From Aplysia californica (taxonomy: Eukaryota): a stretch of DNA of 64,000 nucleotides. Positions 1 through 12,000 of the stretch are shown in pieces. The position numbers and the translations under genes are program-made. The DNA lies in the NCBI RefSeq assembly GCF_000002075.1, contig NW_004797808.1, positions 384,102 through 448,101 of the forward strand, written 5' to 3'. Position 1 is the stretch's first letter, and the number at the start of each line of letters is the position of its first letter. The notes beneath the pieces are model-generated. The model was not told where the DNA came from, did not search any database, and saw only the letters and a list, made by a program, of their open reading frames with translations.

Positions 1-3000
1 CGGGCCGTGCCACGCTGGGCCAGCAGCAGCAACAAGCCACGCCGCAGCAGATTGTGCCCAAACCCGAGCCAGACCCCAACTACCCCGAGTGGTTGGTGCA
101 TGAGGAGTGGGCTCTCCTTGAGGTGAACTTACACGCACATTCGCAGTAGCAAGCTCAGTTGAGCATTTCTGATTCTCTTTGTCAATATTTTTATTTTGTT
201 ATTTCTGAAGTTTCCATGTCATAGATATGGGTTAAGTGGTGTTGGTGGAGTAACACAGCACACATGTTTTTTAGCCACTGTAACTCTAAAGTGTTGTTGA
301 AGAGTCATGAAAGTATTTTCAGTGGGAAATTAAAGTTGTTAAATAAGTAATTAAAAAAAAATTTTGCCAGATAAAAAAATATTGTAAAAAGACACTTACG
401 ACAAGCTCTTAGGTTTCTTCAATTAACAAACAAGTTGTTGTTATTTTATCTTGTCCGTCTATCTGCTGTGGGTAGGTGGAGGGCGCCACTGGTAGGTCCT
501 ACTTCCTTTCTTTTCCTCTGTTGTCTTCCTTGCACTAAATAGTTGCTGCAGTATGGATATGCTTCTCTTTAACAAGACCTAATTGTCGTACTGCCTCTGA
601 GCTTTGTATGGAAAATATTGTGTTCTTCTCTTCTCTAAGATGCTCCACTAACTATATATAAGGGACATTTGTTGTGTATTAATTAGGTTCTTTGCCATTG
701 CATGCAGAGGTGAGTTATTCCTTCATGGAGACATTTTTTTTGACTGAGATTCTCCATCAAACTGCAGCTGAGGTTTGGTGGGTCAAACGGGTCTGCTTCC
801 CAGGTATCTATATTGTGGGGATGGAGGTGTAGAATTTACAATCGCTGACTGTACGTATGACCACCTTTTGTACACAGGCTGTGCAGCACATCCAGAAGTT
901 GAGCCCTGACCTTCTCATGGACAACCCGGCTCAAATCGTCAACTGGGACTTTGTCTCAGACTTTGTCAGCACTGTGGGGCGCATCTTCCGAGCCGCCAAA
1001 CACTGTCGTTACCAGTACGAGTGTGTTGTGCTCCCCAGAGAAGATGGGAAAATTGTCTACAACATTAAACAGAAGAAGACCCCTAAGAGTATCTATAAGG
1101 TATGTCTTTTTTTTGGTTTTGTTTCCCACACCATTTTTGATACGCAATATGAAACAAGTTTGCGTTGGGAAATTAAAAGTTGTATGAAATGCTGGTCTGC
1201 AAGAAAAGAAAGCGAATTTTGTATGTGTGTTTATCTTTATTGTATCTTCTGCCTATAGATTGTTTTAAACGTAAAATGATTTATTTGCTACTTGAAGGTT
1301 TCTTGGTATGCAAATAATTTAAAAATGAGTATATTGAGTCCATCTATAGGGAACGCGTTCCTTTATTGTTTGAATTGTGTAAAAATGAAAGGAACTGTTT
1401 GTATCCTAGAGTACTTCTTTCATTCTGTTCAGACCAAGAACGTACGTCCACTGCGTACGGAGCAGCTGTACTCGCAGGAAGGGCTGAAGAACTACTCTCA
1501 CCTGTATGACAACCGCTTCACATCCATGATGGAGATTGGCTCCAAGCGACCCGCAGCAATGAGGCAGACCATTGTCAATCCTGCGGCCAAGCCGACGAAG
1601 CACGCCGTTATCCTGGCCGAACACGGCATCAACTACGATAACCCGATGACCCCCAGCCAGCTGGCCACCAAACGTGCCGAGAGGATTGCAGCCGACAAGA
1701 AGAAGCAGCAGCAGCAGCAGCAGCAGCAAGCTCAGCAGCAGGCCCAGGCAGCCTCAGCGGTAGGTGGTGCAAGTGGTTCATTTTATTTGAAAAGACGTGT
1801 GTATATATATAGGTGTGGAGACTGGGAAAAGCTTTTGACATGAGAACATTTTGTCAAATGACATAGTCAGACCTCAGTTTGCCTAAGCTCATGATTTTGT
1901 CTTGGCTTAGCTTTTTCTTTCAAAGAAATAGGTGTTAAGAAATCTTGTTTATGCAAATGGTTGATCTATAGCACAGTGATTTAAAAGACCCTTTGAATCA
2001 TCGTCATTGTCATATTTAAAATGCATCTATTCAAAGAGTTGACAACTTGTTACAGTTGCCGTTGTTATTGTGGAACTGAGATGAAGCTTGCTTTTTCTGT
2101 ATATCAAATGTCTGGTTTTAACTCAGAAGAAATTCAGGTCTTTTTGTGCAAGTGGAATTTGTTTTATGGTGAAGGGCGATGTGCATGATATAATATAATA
2201 TAAAGACTGTTGTGTGAGTGGTCTGATGTCTGTAAATAATGGGGGGGGGGGGGGGGGGGGGGGGTTCCCAAGAGACTGGTAAAGACAGGGGAAAACTGTA
2301 TTTAATGAGGTCTAATATCAGTTCACAATATGTGGAGGATGGTTTGAGTACTGCAAAAGAAAAGTTTTCTTATAAGGACATTAACATAGAGTGAAGGTCT
2401 TGTGTGGTTTGTTTTGTGTCCAAAAGATTTAAATGTGAAAGTGAGTCTAAAATAAGTTTGTAGAAGTGTATACGTTGATGTGCACATGGGTGTTTGTGTG
2501 TGTTCATTTTGGTGGTTCAGTATGTGTGTCACAGTGTGTGCTTGTGCGTGTGTTGTATGCTGTAGCTGCAGTAGTCATCTGTGTTGATGAGACAACTTCC
2601 AACCCACCCCTCAGAATGCCAGCCAGGATGCTGCGGCTGTGGCACAGAGAACTGGCCAGGCTGGTCTGGCTGCTGCTCCTGGGGTCACTCCGACCATCCA
2701 AGGCCAGCCACTCTCCTCCATTGTTTCCGTCACACCCACCACTGTCATTGTAAGAACATTTCCCCCAAGGCACGCTCGCACACACTTCTCTACTCAACTG
2801 ACTGCTTTGTTCCAGGTTTCATGGTCTGAAAATGTACATGAAACAAAGCAAATTTGTTTTAAGGGACTTTCTAAAGAACAAAGTAGTTCAAAAGTGTCTT
2901 GATTTATGTTTCAAAAAATGTATTTGTGCCATGCTCTTTCAATAGATATCTTTCTTTGTCAAAGTCAGCTTGTCATCATTAGCCTTCAGCTCGTTGTTTC

Positions 3001-6000
3001 ATTGAGTCATTTTAATCTAACTTAAAAAAACATGGCCACAGAAGAACAGATTTTTAATTGGATAAAGTGATAGTTCTTTGTAAGCAAAATTTTGACTTTT
3101 GAGATGTTTGGAAAACTTGCTCGCTTTTTTTGGATTAAATTGTCTTTCTTTTTTATTTAATAACTAATGTATATCTTTGGTGAATGCTGTAGAGAAGTGT
3201 GTGGGTGTGTGCCCTAAACATGTATCACACATGTATATAAATAAACATATGCATGCCAGTGGGTATGTGATGGTGAACTGTGGTGTGTGACACTTTTTTC
3301 TGTGGCTTACTGTTCACAGCCAGGTCAGATGTCCAAGGTGGGCCTGAGGACGCTGGGAGCGGCAACAGGGAACATCATAGTGAACACGTCGACGGGTCTG
3401 CAGTCTGGACCGTTTGCTGCCATCAACAAGAGAATGTCACAGGCCGCTGCCTTGCCCTCCACCATTGTGAGTATGCCTCTGTAGCTGCATGAATGTCCTC
3501 TTATTTTATTTTCCTATAGTGTGTAAAAGCAAGTTAAGTGCATGAAAAGTACCACTACAGTGGGAACCATTTATAACAGGCCTGGTAATAACAGGGATCC
3601 GGTAATAACAGGGATTTTTTAAATCCCCGTTTTTTTCCTACTCTTTGTCTCTGTTAAAAGTTATCGACAATAACATGGCCTCATCGGAGCCCAATCGGTT
3701 ATAGCAGGGACAAAGGCTAGTTAACAATGTGTAAAAAGTAAGAGAGATGGAGCAAGCCCACGCAAGCCGTGCCACTGCAAGCACACACAGCGTGTGAAGC
3801 GAGAGAGGGCTGCAGTGTTCTGCAGACCTCGATCTAGCCCGAAACCTAGCAACACGCACACGTAATGTGTCATGCGCAGGCCTGCCGCATGGCCAAATCT
3901 GGTCGTGCGTTATTACTCCCTTGCAACACCTCTAATCTTCGGCACTTCTATGACCATGTTGCAAGTGCCATAAAACTGTTACTAAAACTTATTTTAAAAA
4001 TTTTCCAAGAGGGACTTTTTACAATGTGCAACCACCCCCCACCTCCCCACCTAGAGTGTGCTCACATTACAGTTATACTTTTAATTGAGTTTTTCAAAGG
4101 AAATGTGTTATTTGCTGCTGTAGTTCACTTTGCAGGATAATGATGATAAAATCTACACTTCAGTCTTGATGAAGTTGATGATTAATATAATTTGTTCTGA
4201 ATTCTGCTCATGTGAAAATTCAAGTAAGTATCTGAGACTAAAGTGCTGAAATTCTATTAAACAAAGTAAATAATCCCCTTCAATTTTTGCATTTTTGCAT
4301 TCTAAATAGTGAATTCCGTTTTCAATCTTAAAACATTTTTTAAAAAATTGCTTCACATGTTTGTGGCCTTGTGAGTTTACATAGGCAGGTGTAGAAGACA
4401 AGGAGAAAAATCATATTTTTTGTAGGGTGCAATTTTAGTTGAAATTACACAAGGATCAAGTTAGGATTCAGTGTCATCAACATCAAGTTTTAATCTTATT
4501 TTTTTATACTGTTTTGAGATGAATATCGACACTTGATTTGTTTCAGTTCGAAGATGCGAATTGAAACATTGTGAACTGAATTTTGGTAAACCAATTGTTG
4601 TACACTGAATTTGGTTACTTTAGTGCAACCATTCTTCCTTTTAGATTTGACAGTAATGTGAGCCTCATGTATTTTTACTAATTGATGTAAGACAGAAATC
4701 CTAAGATACATTACACTATTTCCAAAATTTATATATAAGTCATTCTCAACCACAGGATTGTGATGATAAACATTCACACTTCAGTCTTTATGAACTTGCT
4801 GATTCGTACGTTTGTTACTGAATCCTGTTTGCGAAAAGAGTTCTAGATCTAAGCTTTTTCAACTCCGGTATGGCGTTATAGGGTAGGTGTTTTTACAGCT
4901 CTATTGACACGGTAATGCACATGTAAGCAAGCAACAGCAACTAAATTGTCTATGCCTCTGCTAACTTGAGTTGATTTTTGTTTGAATTGAAATATAATGT
5001 TTAGCTGTCAGATATTGAAGGATTGTTAGTTTATCTTTCTTTAAGCGTAGCCACATGTTCATGAATGATGTAAAAACCCAAACAAAACTTGAAAGCTTGG
5101 AGAGTTTTATAAGTTTTCTTCATTTGTAGCAAAAGTGAGAAATGGGTTGGTGGGTGTTGTGGTGTGGTATGTACCTATCTTTTTGAGGATCATGATGATA
5201 GATATTCACACTTCAGTCTTTATGAATGTGCTGATTCAAATAGTTTGCCACTGAATCCTGACTAATGACTTGTCTGTCTTCCACACAGCGCTATAGACAC
5301 AGTAATGTGCATGTTAGCAACAGCAACAAAATTGTCTATGTCTCTGCTAACTTGGGTTGATTTTTGTTTGAATTGAAGTTGTTATCGATCCAGATTTGAA
5401 TTGAAGTATAATGTTTAGCTGTCAGACATCGAAGGATTGTTGGTGGGTGTTGTAGAGTGGTATGTATGTATCTTTTTACTTTCACTCTTTAAACATGTAT
5501 TTGTAATCTGTTCCCTGTAAAATGTCTTAATGCGAGTGGTTAAACGGCACCTCTGGTAGGCCCTACTTCTTTACTCACCAACTTTTATTTCTGTCAGTCA
5601 TTCTTCCTTTTTCCTAGAGCTAAATGATATTGTCTTTGTGCTTCTTCCTAAGCAAACTATAGTCATGGCTGTTAGTGTACAACTCAACAACACCATACAC
5701 CATGCACATGTGGGGAAAATGGGGTGGAAAAGTGGATTCTCAAACGAACTCAACAGCAGGATTGTGATGATAAACATTCACACTTCAGTCTTTATGAACT
5801 TACTGATTCGTACGTTTGTTACTGAATCCTGTTTGTGATAAGAGATCTAAGGTTTTGTTTCTGTCTGTCTTTCTTGCTTTTTTTTGTGCTTCCCCCTGAG
5901 CAAACCATATCCACGACTGTTAGTGTACAACTCGACAACACCGTGCACGTGGGGGGGGGATTCTCAAATGAACTCAACAGCAGGATCATGATGATAAATA

Positions 6001-9000
6001 TTCACACTTCAGTCTTTATGAATGTGCTGATTCAAATAGTTTGCCGCTGAATCCTGACTAATGACTTATCTATCTTCCACACAGCTTGGTGGATTGAAAT
6101 AATCCATAAGAGACATGTGTTTTTTTAAAGGGGAAAATTGTGGGTCTTCGTGACTTGTTATTTTGTTTCATACTGCGTTCCTTTTATGCAAAGAGGCTCC
6201 AGATTGGGAATTTCCGTCTATGAGGCTAACCTTTGTGTAAGACCTATTTGATGTACATATTTTGAACCTCATGATGTAGCATTACTTTAACAGAAATAGC
6301 TCCAGCGTACGTGCATCCCTCACTGCTTTTCAAAGTTAAGCTTATACAACCCAGCCTTTGTCCGAGAAATTCCCCCCTTTTTGCAATGTTGCCTGACAAT
6401 TGTCATTCTGCTATGTGTTTGTGATGTTCCTGATATGATAGCCCTAAACTTAAGAACTAAGAACTAATAAACCAAGCACTGGTGTAATGCATACTTTTTG
6501 CTTTTTGCATCACAGGCCGTGTCTGCCAACCTGACCCCCGCCATCCGTGGCCAGCGTCCGGCGGTGACGGTCACTCCCACCATCACCATGCAGGACCTGA
6601 CAGCTATCCCGGGCACCACCACAGCGGTCACCGTGGCCTCACAGGCTGCTGCGGCCGCGGCTGCTCGGTCAGCACTCCAGACCACCGTGGCCTCCTCCAG
6701 TCTCGCAGCAGGTCAGCTAACCACCCAAAAGTTAGCAGCTATCGCTGGCCCTGGGAGTGAGTAGACTTATCTAACACACGCACACACAATCTGATGTTTC
6801 TTGCATGAGTGTTGTACTCCTGTGCGTGCTGTGTGCTTTGGCTCACACAAAGCTTCTGTGGTGTAATAGCTAGGCTTTCTTTGCTGTTGCGCGCTGATGG
6901 GAGTTGGATTCTTGACTTAAGAAGTTACAGACGAAATACTGCCCAAGATTTACTCTTAAATTTAAGATTAAACGACATATTATTTTTATCAGATTGATAA
7001 TCAGGTTTCTCCAAACAATTCAAACGAGAGCAGTTTAAAAAAGGAGAAAAAGAGCATGAATTTACCAATCCCATTACTATACTGAGCAGATTTGTTGTTG
7101 GGAATCGTCTTTAGTTGAATTCTTCTTTAAAATAAGCTGATAGCTAAAAATTTGTCAGTTTGAATCAAAGAGACTTGCAAGTTGAAATAGATGCAGTGTG
7201 AACATCAGTTAATGTTTATTTTGATTGTCTAGGACTTTATTCACTATTGGTTATCTTAACGTGTACACTTGTTCTTCTTTTTGCTGTTTTCGACATGTAG
7301 TCTTATAGCATGCTGAGTGTGTATGTGTGTAATGTTTGCAATTTATGGAGTTGAGAGAGGCATGTTCAGTCCTCTACTTCAGTGAAATAATTTGAAGACC
7401 TATTATACTCTTAACATCATAGATATGTGCTGCTGAGTGTAGAGTAGTTGCTTTTAACCTGGGTTCGCTCAAACCCAAGGGGTTCTACGAGTCAATCTCA
7501 GCAATTCAGTGGAGGTTCAGACATGTTTTGTGTGTGTGTATCTATTCCTTCCACTCCTCTCGAAGGGTTCAGTTAATGTACATGGGAGGTTCAATTCCTC
7601 CAACGAGGTTGAGAACCACTGTTGTAGATGGATAAGACATGAAGCGGCATTTTGCCGTATCGTCTCTCTTGACTGAAATAAATATCTAGCATGAATACTT
7701 TTCTTTTTTGTTCAGCTTTTGATGTAGATATATGTGTTGGTTTTTTATTTGTTGTTCATTTCAAAGGATTGTGTGTTACTCTGTTTTGCTACCTTCCATA
7801 GGTTTGTTACTAATATAGTTATGGTCCTGCATGATTTACATGTCTATCTGTTGGCTCTCCTCCCAATGTGACCAATGAGTATACTGTGCTTTTAAATGAC
7901 AAAAAACATCAGAATGAGGGATAAGAAAGAGCTGGTGATGTAGAACTATTTCATTTTTTAAACATGTTTTTTTGAGTAAAAAGAAGTTTGTTACTGATTA
8001 ACTCATGTATTGTCTTTTATACATGCAGTTTTAAGAGTGAAGCCCAATGTTAGAGTCATTGCCACAAATTTCCGGTCAGGGAAATACATAACTTCTGAGA
8101 GCATGCTCTAAATTTTAAAGAGGTTCAATTTCAGCTGCATTCAAACATGGTCAGTTGTGCTAAATCTATAGGTGTTTTTTATTTTTTTATTTCTGCTCAG
8201 TTGGTCAGCTATCAGTTGCTTCTTTTCCTTCTGTTTTTAAAAATCATTTTTTGTGAAAATGATTTTAATCCCAAGTTTTTTTTGGTCATAGTTCATGATG
8301 TCTACAGTGCTCTAGAACTCTTCACAGCACTCGTGTCATGTTGTTGAAGACAGCCCCTGTTCACCTCTCCTATTTTGTCACCACCAGCTCTCCAACCTCA
8401 GTTGGTACACGCGACCCGAAGCCTGACCCCGCACCAGATCAACATTCTGCGCCAGAACCAGTCCATCATCCGCACACATGCGGCGGCAGCGGCTGGCACA
8501 CAGCAGATCCGCACACAGAAGCTGCTCAGTCAGGAACAGTTGCGAGCCCAGCCGTTGAAGCATCCCACGCAGAAAGTGATCACACAGCAGCTGCTGGTAC
8601 CTGTCAGAGGTGGTCAGGTGAGGAATTGAATAGTTTCAATGAGATTGAAGGAATTTAGCTAAAGCTTACATGAGATATTTGGGGCTGAACTTCTAACATG
8701 TCTGTATTGTGTACTTGCTTTCTTTCTTTCTTTCTTTCTTTTAGAAAATTAACTGCATAGTCCAATTAATAGTTGGTACAAAATTTGTGCACTTTGGCTC
8801 TTAAAATGAAAAGATAAAGCTTTTTTGCTCACAATTATCTTTCAAAGCAAAGGTAAAAGAAAACAATTGATGTAATAATTCATGGGGTTTAGTTGAACTT
8901 ATGATTTTTCTGGAGAAAAATAATCAGGAAAGTGATTTCAAGTCGAACTGGTCCAAGTTCAAGATTGACCCTAATCACCATTTGGGTTCTTGCATATTTT

Positions 9001-12000
9001 GTTACGACAAGATCATTATGGCCTGTCTTTTTAATATTTTTAAGCCTGACATTTGTTTTTTTGATTTGTAGTTGAAGGAAAATGTAATGCCCCAAGCAAA
9101 TTTTTAATAGAGCAAAACTTGAGTGTAAACTTTGTTGAACTTTTATATTTAATATATCACAAAAAATGTAGAATCACATTGTGAAGCTCAACTGTTCAGA
9201 GATGTTCATGAATTTGTTGGGGTTTTATTTGCTCAGTCCATCCTGCAAGGAGCTAAGCAAGGTCTAATACGTACAACCATCCCCAAGATGACGGACGAGC
9301 AACTTCAGGCTCTGAGAATGAGGACCCAGATCCAGACCCAGACTGGAAAGCAGGTGAGCTAGGGAGACATATGCTGTGTCATGACCATGCACACTTTTGT
9401 CAGTGGTGGCTGTGTGTGCTAGCTGCGATGGAGTATTCATGTTCAGTGGGTTTTTGTGGGGGACTGAAATAGCAAATTTGAACAAAAGGTCAACCAAAGG
9501 ACTGATGGTCAAGTAATGTGAACCTTATTTGGTTTTTGTGGTGGTTGTTGGTAGGGGTGAGGGGGGGTTAATGCCTGTACTAATGCACTTTTAAAATCTT
9601 AGTAAGAATTTATAATTTTTTATGCAACTGATTTTTGGCGTAGTATTAAGATCAATATATTTCCTCCCTTATTCTTTTTGTTTTTAAATCTGAAGTTGTG
9701 TGTGACCTATGGTTTCTCATGACTGACATTTGCTGATTAAAGAATAAGAAACCATATTTTCAAATCTTGTTCCACTCCTGTTTATATTATAAAATTTTAG
9801 TTTAAAATCTTGGTTGATTTAAAGTCTAATTGGATACGTACTCAGGTAGAAATTGGACAAGATTAGTTTTTCCATTAAATGTTCTCACATGTTTGACATA
9901 AACCCTCCGAGCGTTGCTAACAAGTAACCTGTGGTGTCAGGAGAAATTTTATGGTGTCAATATATTTTGGTGGAAAATGCTTGAGAATTGGTAAATCAAG
10001 CACATACAAACCATAAACTTACACAGTTTCAAAAATTACGATCTTCATAGGAAGTAGACTAGTGAAGAAGTCAAAATATTTACAGATAAATAAAACGGGA
10101 TAAACAAAAATGAAATAGTAATTACATGAAATGTGAGATTGCCTCACACCTTACATTGCTTCACATCTTACGAATGAAAGTTTAGTCAAGCTGATGTGTT
10201 GTCTTCACAGATTCAGACAGCCCAGATCATCCAAGGCCAGGTGACTCCTGTTGGTCAGTCTGCAGCCTCCACCTCTCAGTCCCCGGTGGCCCTGGTCAAG
10301 TCTGTGTCGGCCTCCCCGGCGGTGACAGTGCCGGTCAATATCCCAGTGTCCAGCATCAGCGTGGGTCAGCAGAGGACTGTACTAGGTAGGTTTGCCCTGG
10401 TTGGCCCTGTGATGTAGTAGTTCTACAGGGACTTTTGACAACAAGACCTCTTTACTTGTCGGCTGCTTGCCACGAACTGATTAGCAAGATTTTTATGGAG
10501 TCTTTACTGGCTTCCGACATTGGCCAGGGTTTTTACTGTAGGGAAGGCCAAACAATGCATTGCCACGTAAGAATGAATAGAACAAATACCCATATGCACA
10601 TGTATATGGACACACACACGCGCGCACCAACATATCAATCTCTTTACTTTCTCTGACAGGTTTGTCAAGGGCACATGACTGTCTAACAGAACTTGGATAA
10701 GAATTTAACCCCTTTGCTTTTTCCCCCCCAAGACTGCCTCAGGCCTGATTTTACCAACAAACAAACCAACATGTAACTGAAGGCAGTCTTTGACTATATA
10801 CATAAATAGTTTTGACCAAATCGGTTTCAGAAATAAAACTAGAACCGTATTAATTTGACTATGTAATAGTAGCAAAATCCTTTTATGTAATCCTGTTGAA
10901 TGTCAAAGCACTTTCATCATTCAGTAGGTCAAAATAAGCAAGTGTGTTACTGTAGTGGGGTTTGTTTTTTTAAACTTTAAACGAACATTGCATGGATGTT
11001 TAACAACTTGTACTTAAAAATATACAAAAAATAAGGAGAAAAAGGGTTGGAAATCTTGTTCCCGGTCAGCCAGTGATATTGTAGCCACATGTGCAGTTGA
11101 GGTGAATGTCCTGTCCTCCTCAGCATCCCGGGCTACCACAGTGAGCCAGATCCAACAGCAGCAACGCATGCAGCTCCTACACCAACAGAGGAAAGGAGTC
11201 GGTCAGCAGAAAGTGGCAGGTTGGTGCTGGGGCTTTGGCAATGTTGTAGAGTGTTACTCTGACTAGGCAATTTTTTTAATGGTTTCTGAAAGTGTTAAAT
11301 TGATCATTGATTGGGGGGAGGCGAGCGCTGAGTAGCTAACATTTTTTTTTTTTTTAAACCAATCTAGAAATGATTTTTTTTTTTGGAGCAACCTCATTTC
11401 TCATTTTCCAAAGTTTCGTGTAGTAAAAAATATGGTTATCCTTTGAGTTTTGTGTGTTCGACTTGTCTGTGCTCAACTATATCTTGATGGGTTTTAAAAA
11501 TATTTTTAAAAAAAAATTTATTTCAGGTCTGAGTGCTGGCAAAGCCAACCAGTTCCCTCAGCTGCTGATCCAGCAGAACAGTGTGAGCAAGCAGTTTGTG
11601 CACCAGTTCCTCAACAAGAACCCGGGCACCATCCAGCAGATCATCACCCACAGCTCCCAGCCCACCATCATCACACAGGTCTCACAGGCTGGGGGGCAGC
11701 CCATCACGCAGATGGTGGCAAAGGTCCGATTTTTTTGTCAGCCTCCTTTAGATGATCAAATAATGTTGATAGCGCTGTTGAACAGTTACACTTACTTACT
11801 TCCCTACTTGTGTACTCTCTCTCTCTCTCTCTCCCTTTTCCGTCAAGGTCACAAGAAGGAGAGCAGGAGATTACCCGTGGGTGGTTGGTGGGTGCTCTGG
11901 TGGCTTGCTCCTTCTTTCCTATCTAACATCTATCGTCTTTATCTTCCCTTCTTCTTTTGTGTTTGTTTCTATCTTGTAACACTTTTTATCTTCGGCACTT

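Noticed and set aside
4155-4172. Guide pairing to tRNA-Phe anticodon loop (AGACUGAAG) or U2 snRNA (AAGUGUAG)
   Set aside because: Only 8-9 nt; the U2 match exists in one copy only and the tRNA register needs a D' box not conserved across copies; the 12-nt LSU rRNA match is better
4132-6056. CRISPR-like recurring repeat
   Set aside because: Eukaryotic intron, irregular long spacers that are themselves duplicated, no cas genes; C/D boxes explain the unit better
10409-10482. Possible extra C/D snoRNA (GTGATGT...CTGA)
   Set aside because: Imperfect box C, no terminal stem, too close to the donor, mismatched 18S complementarity
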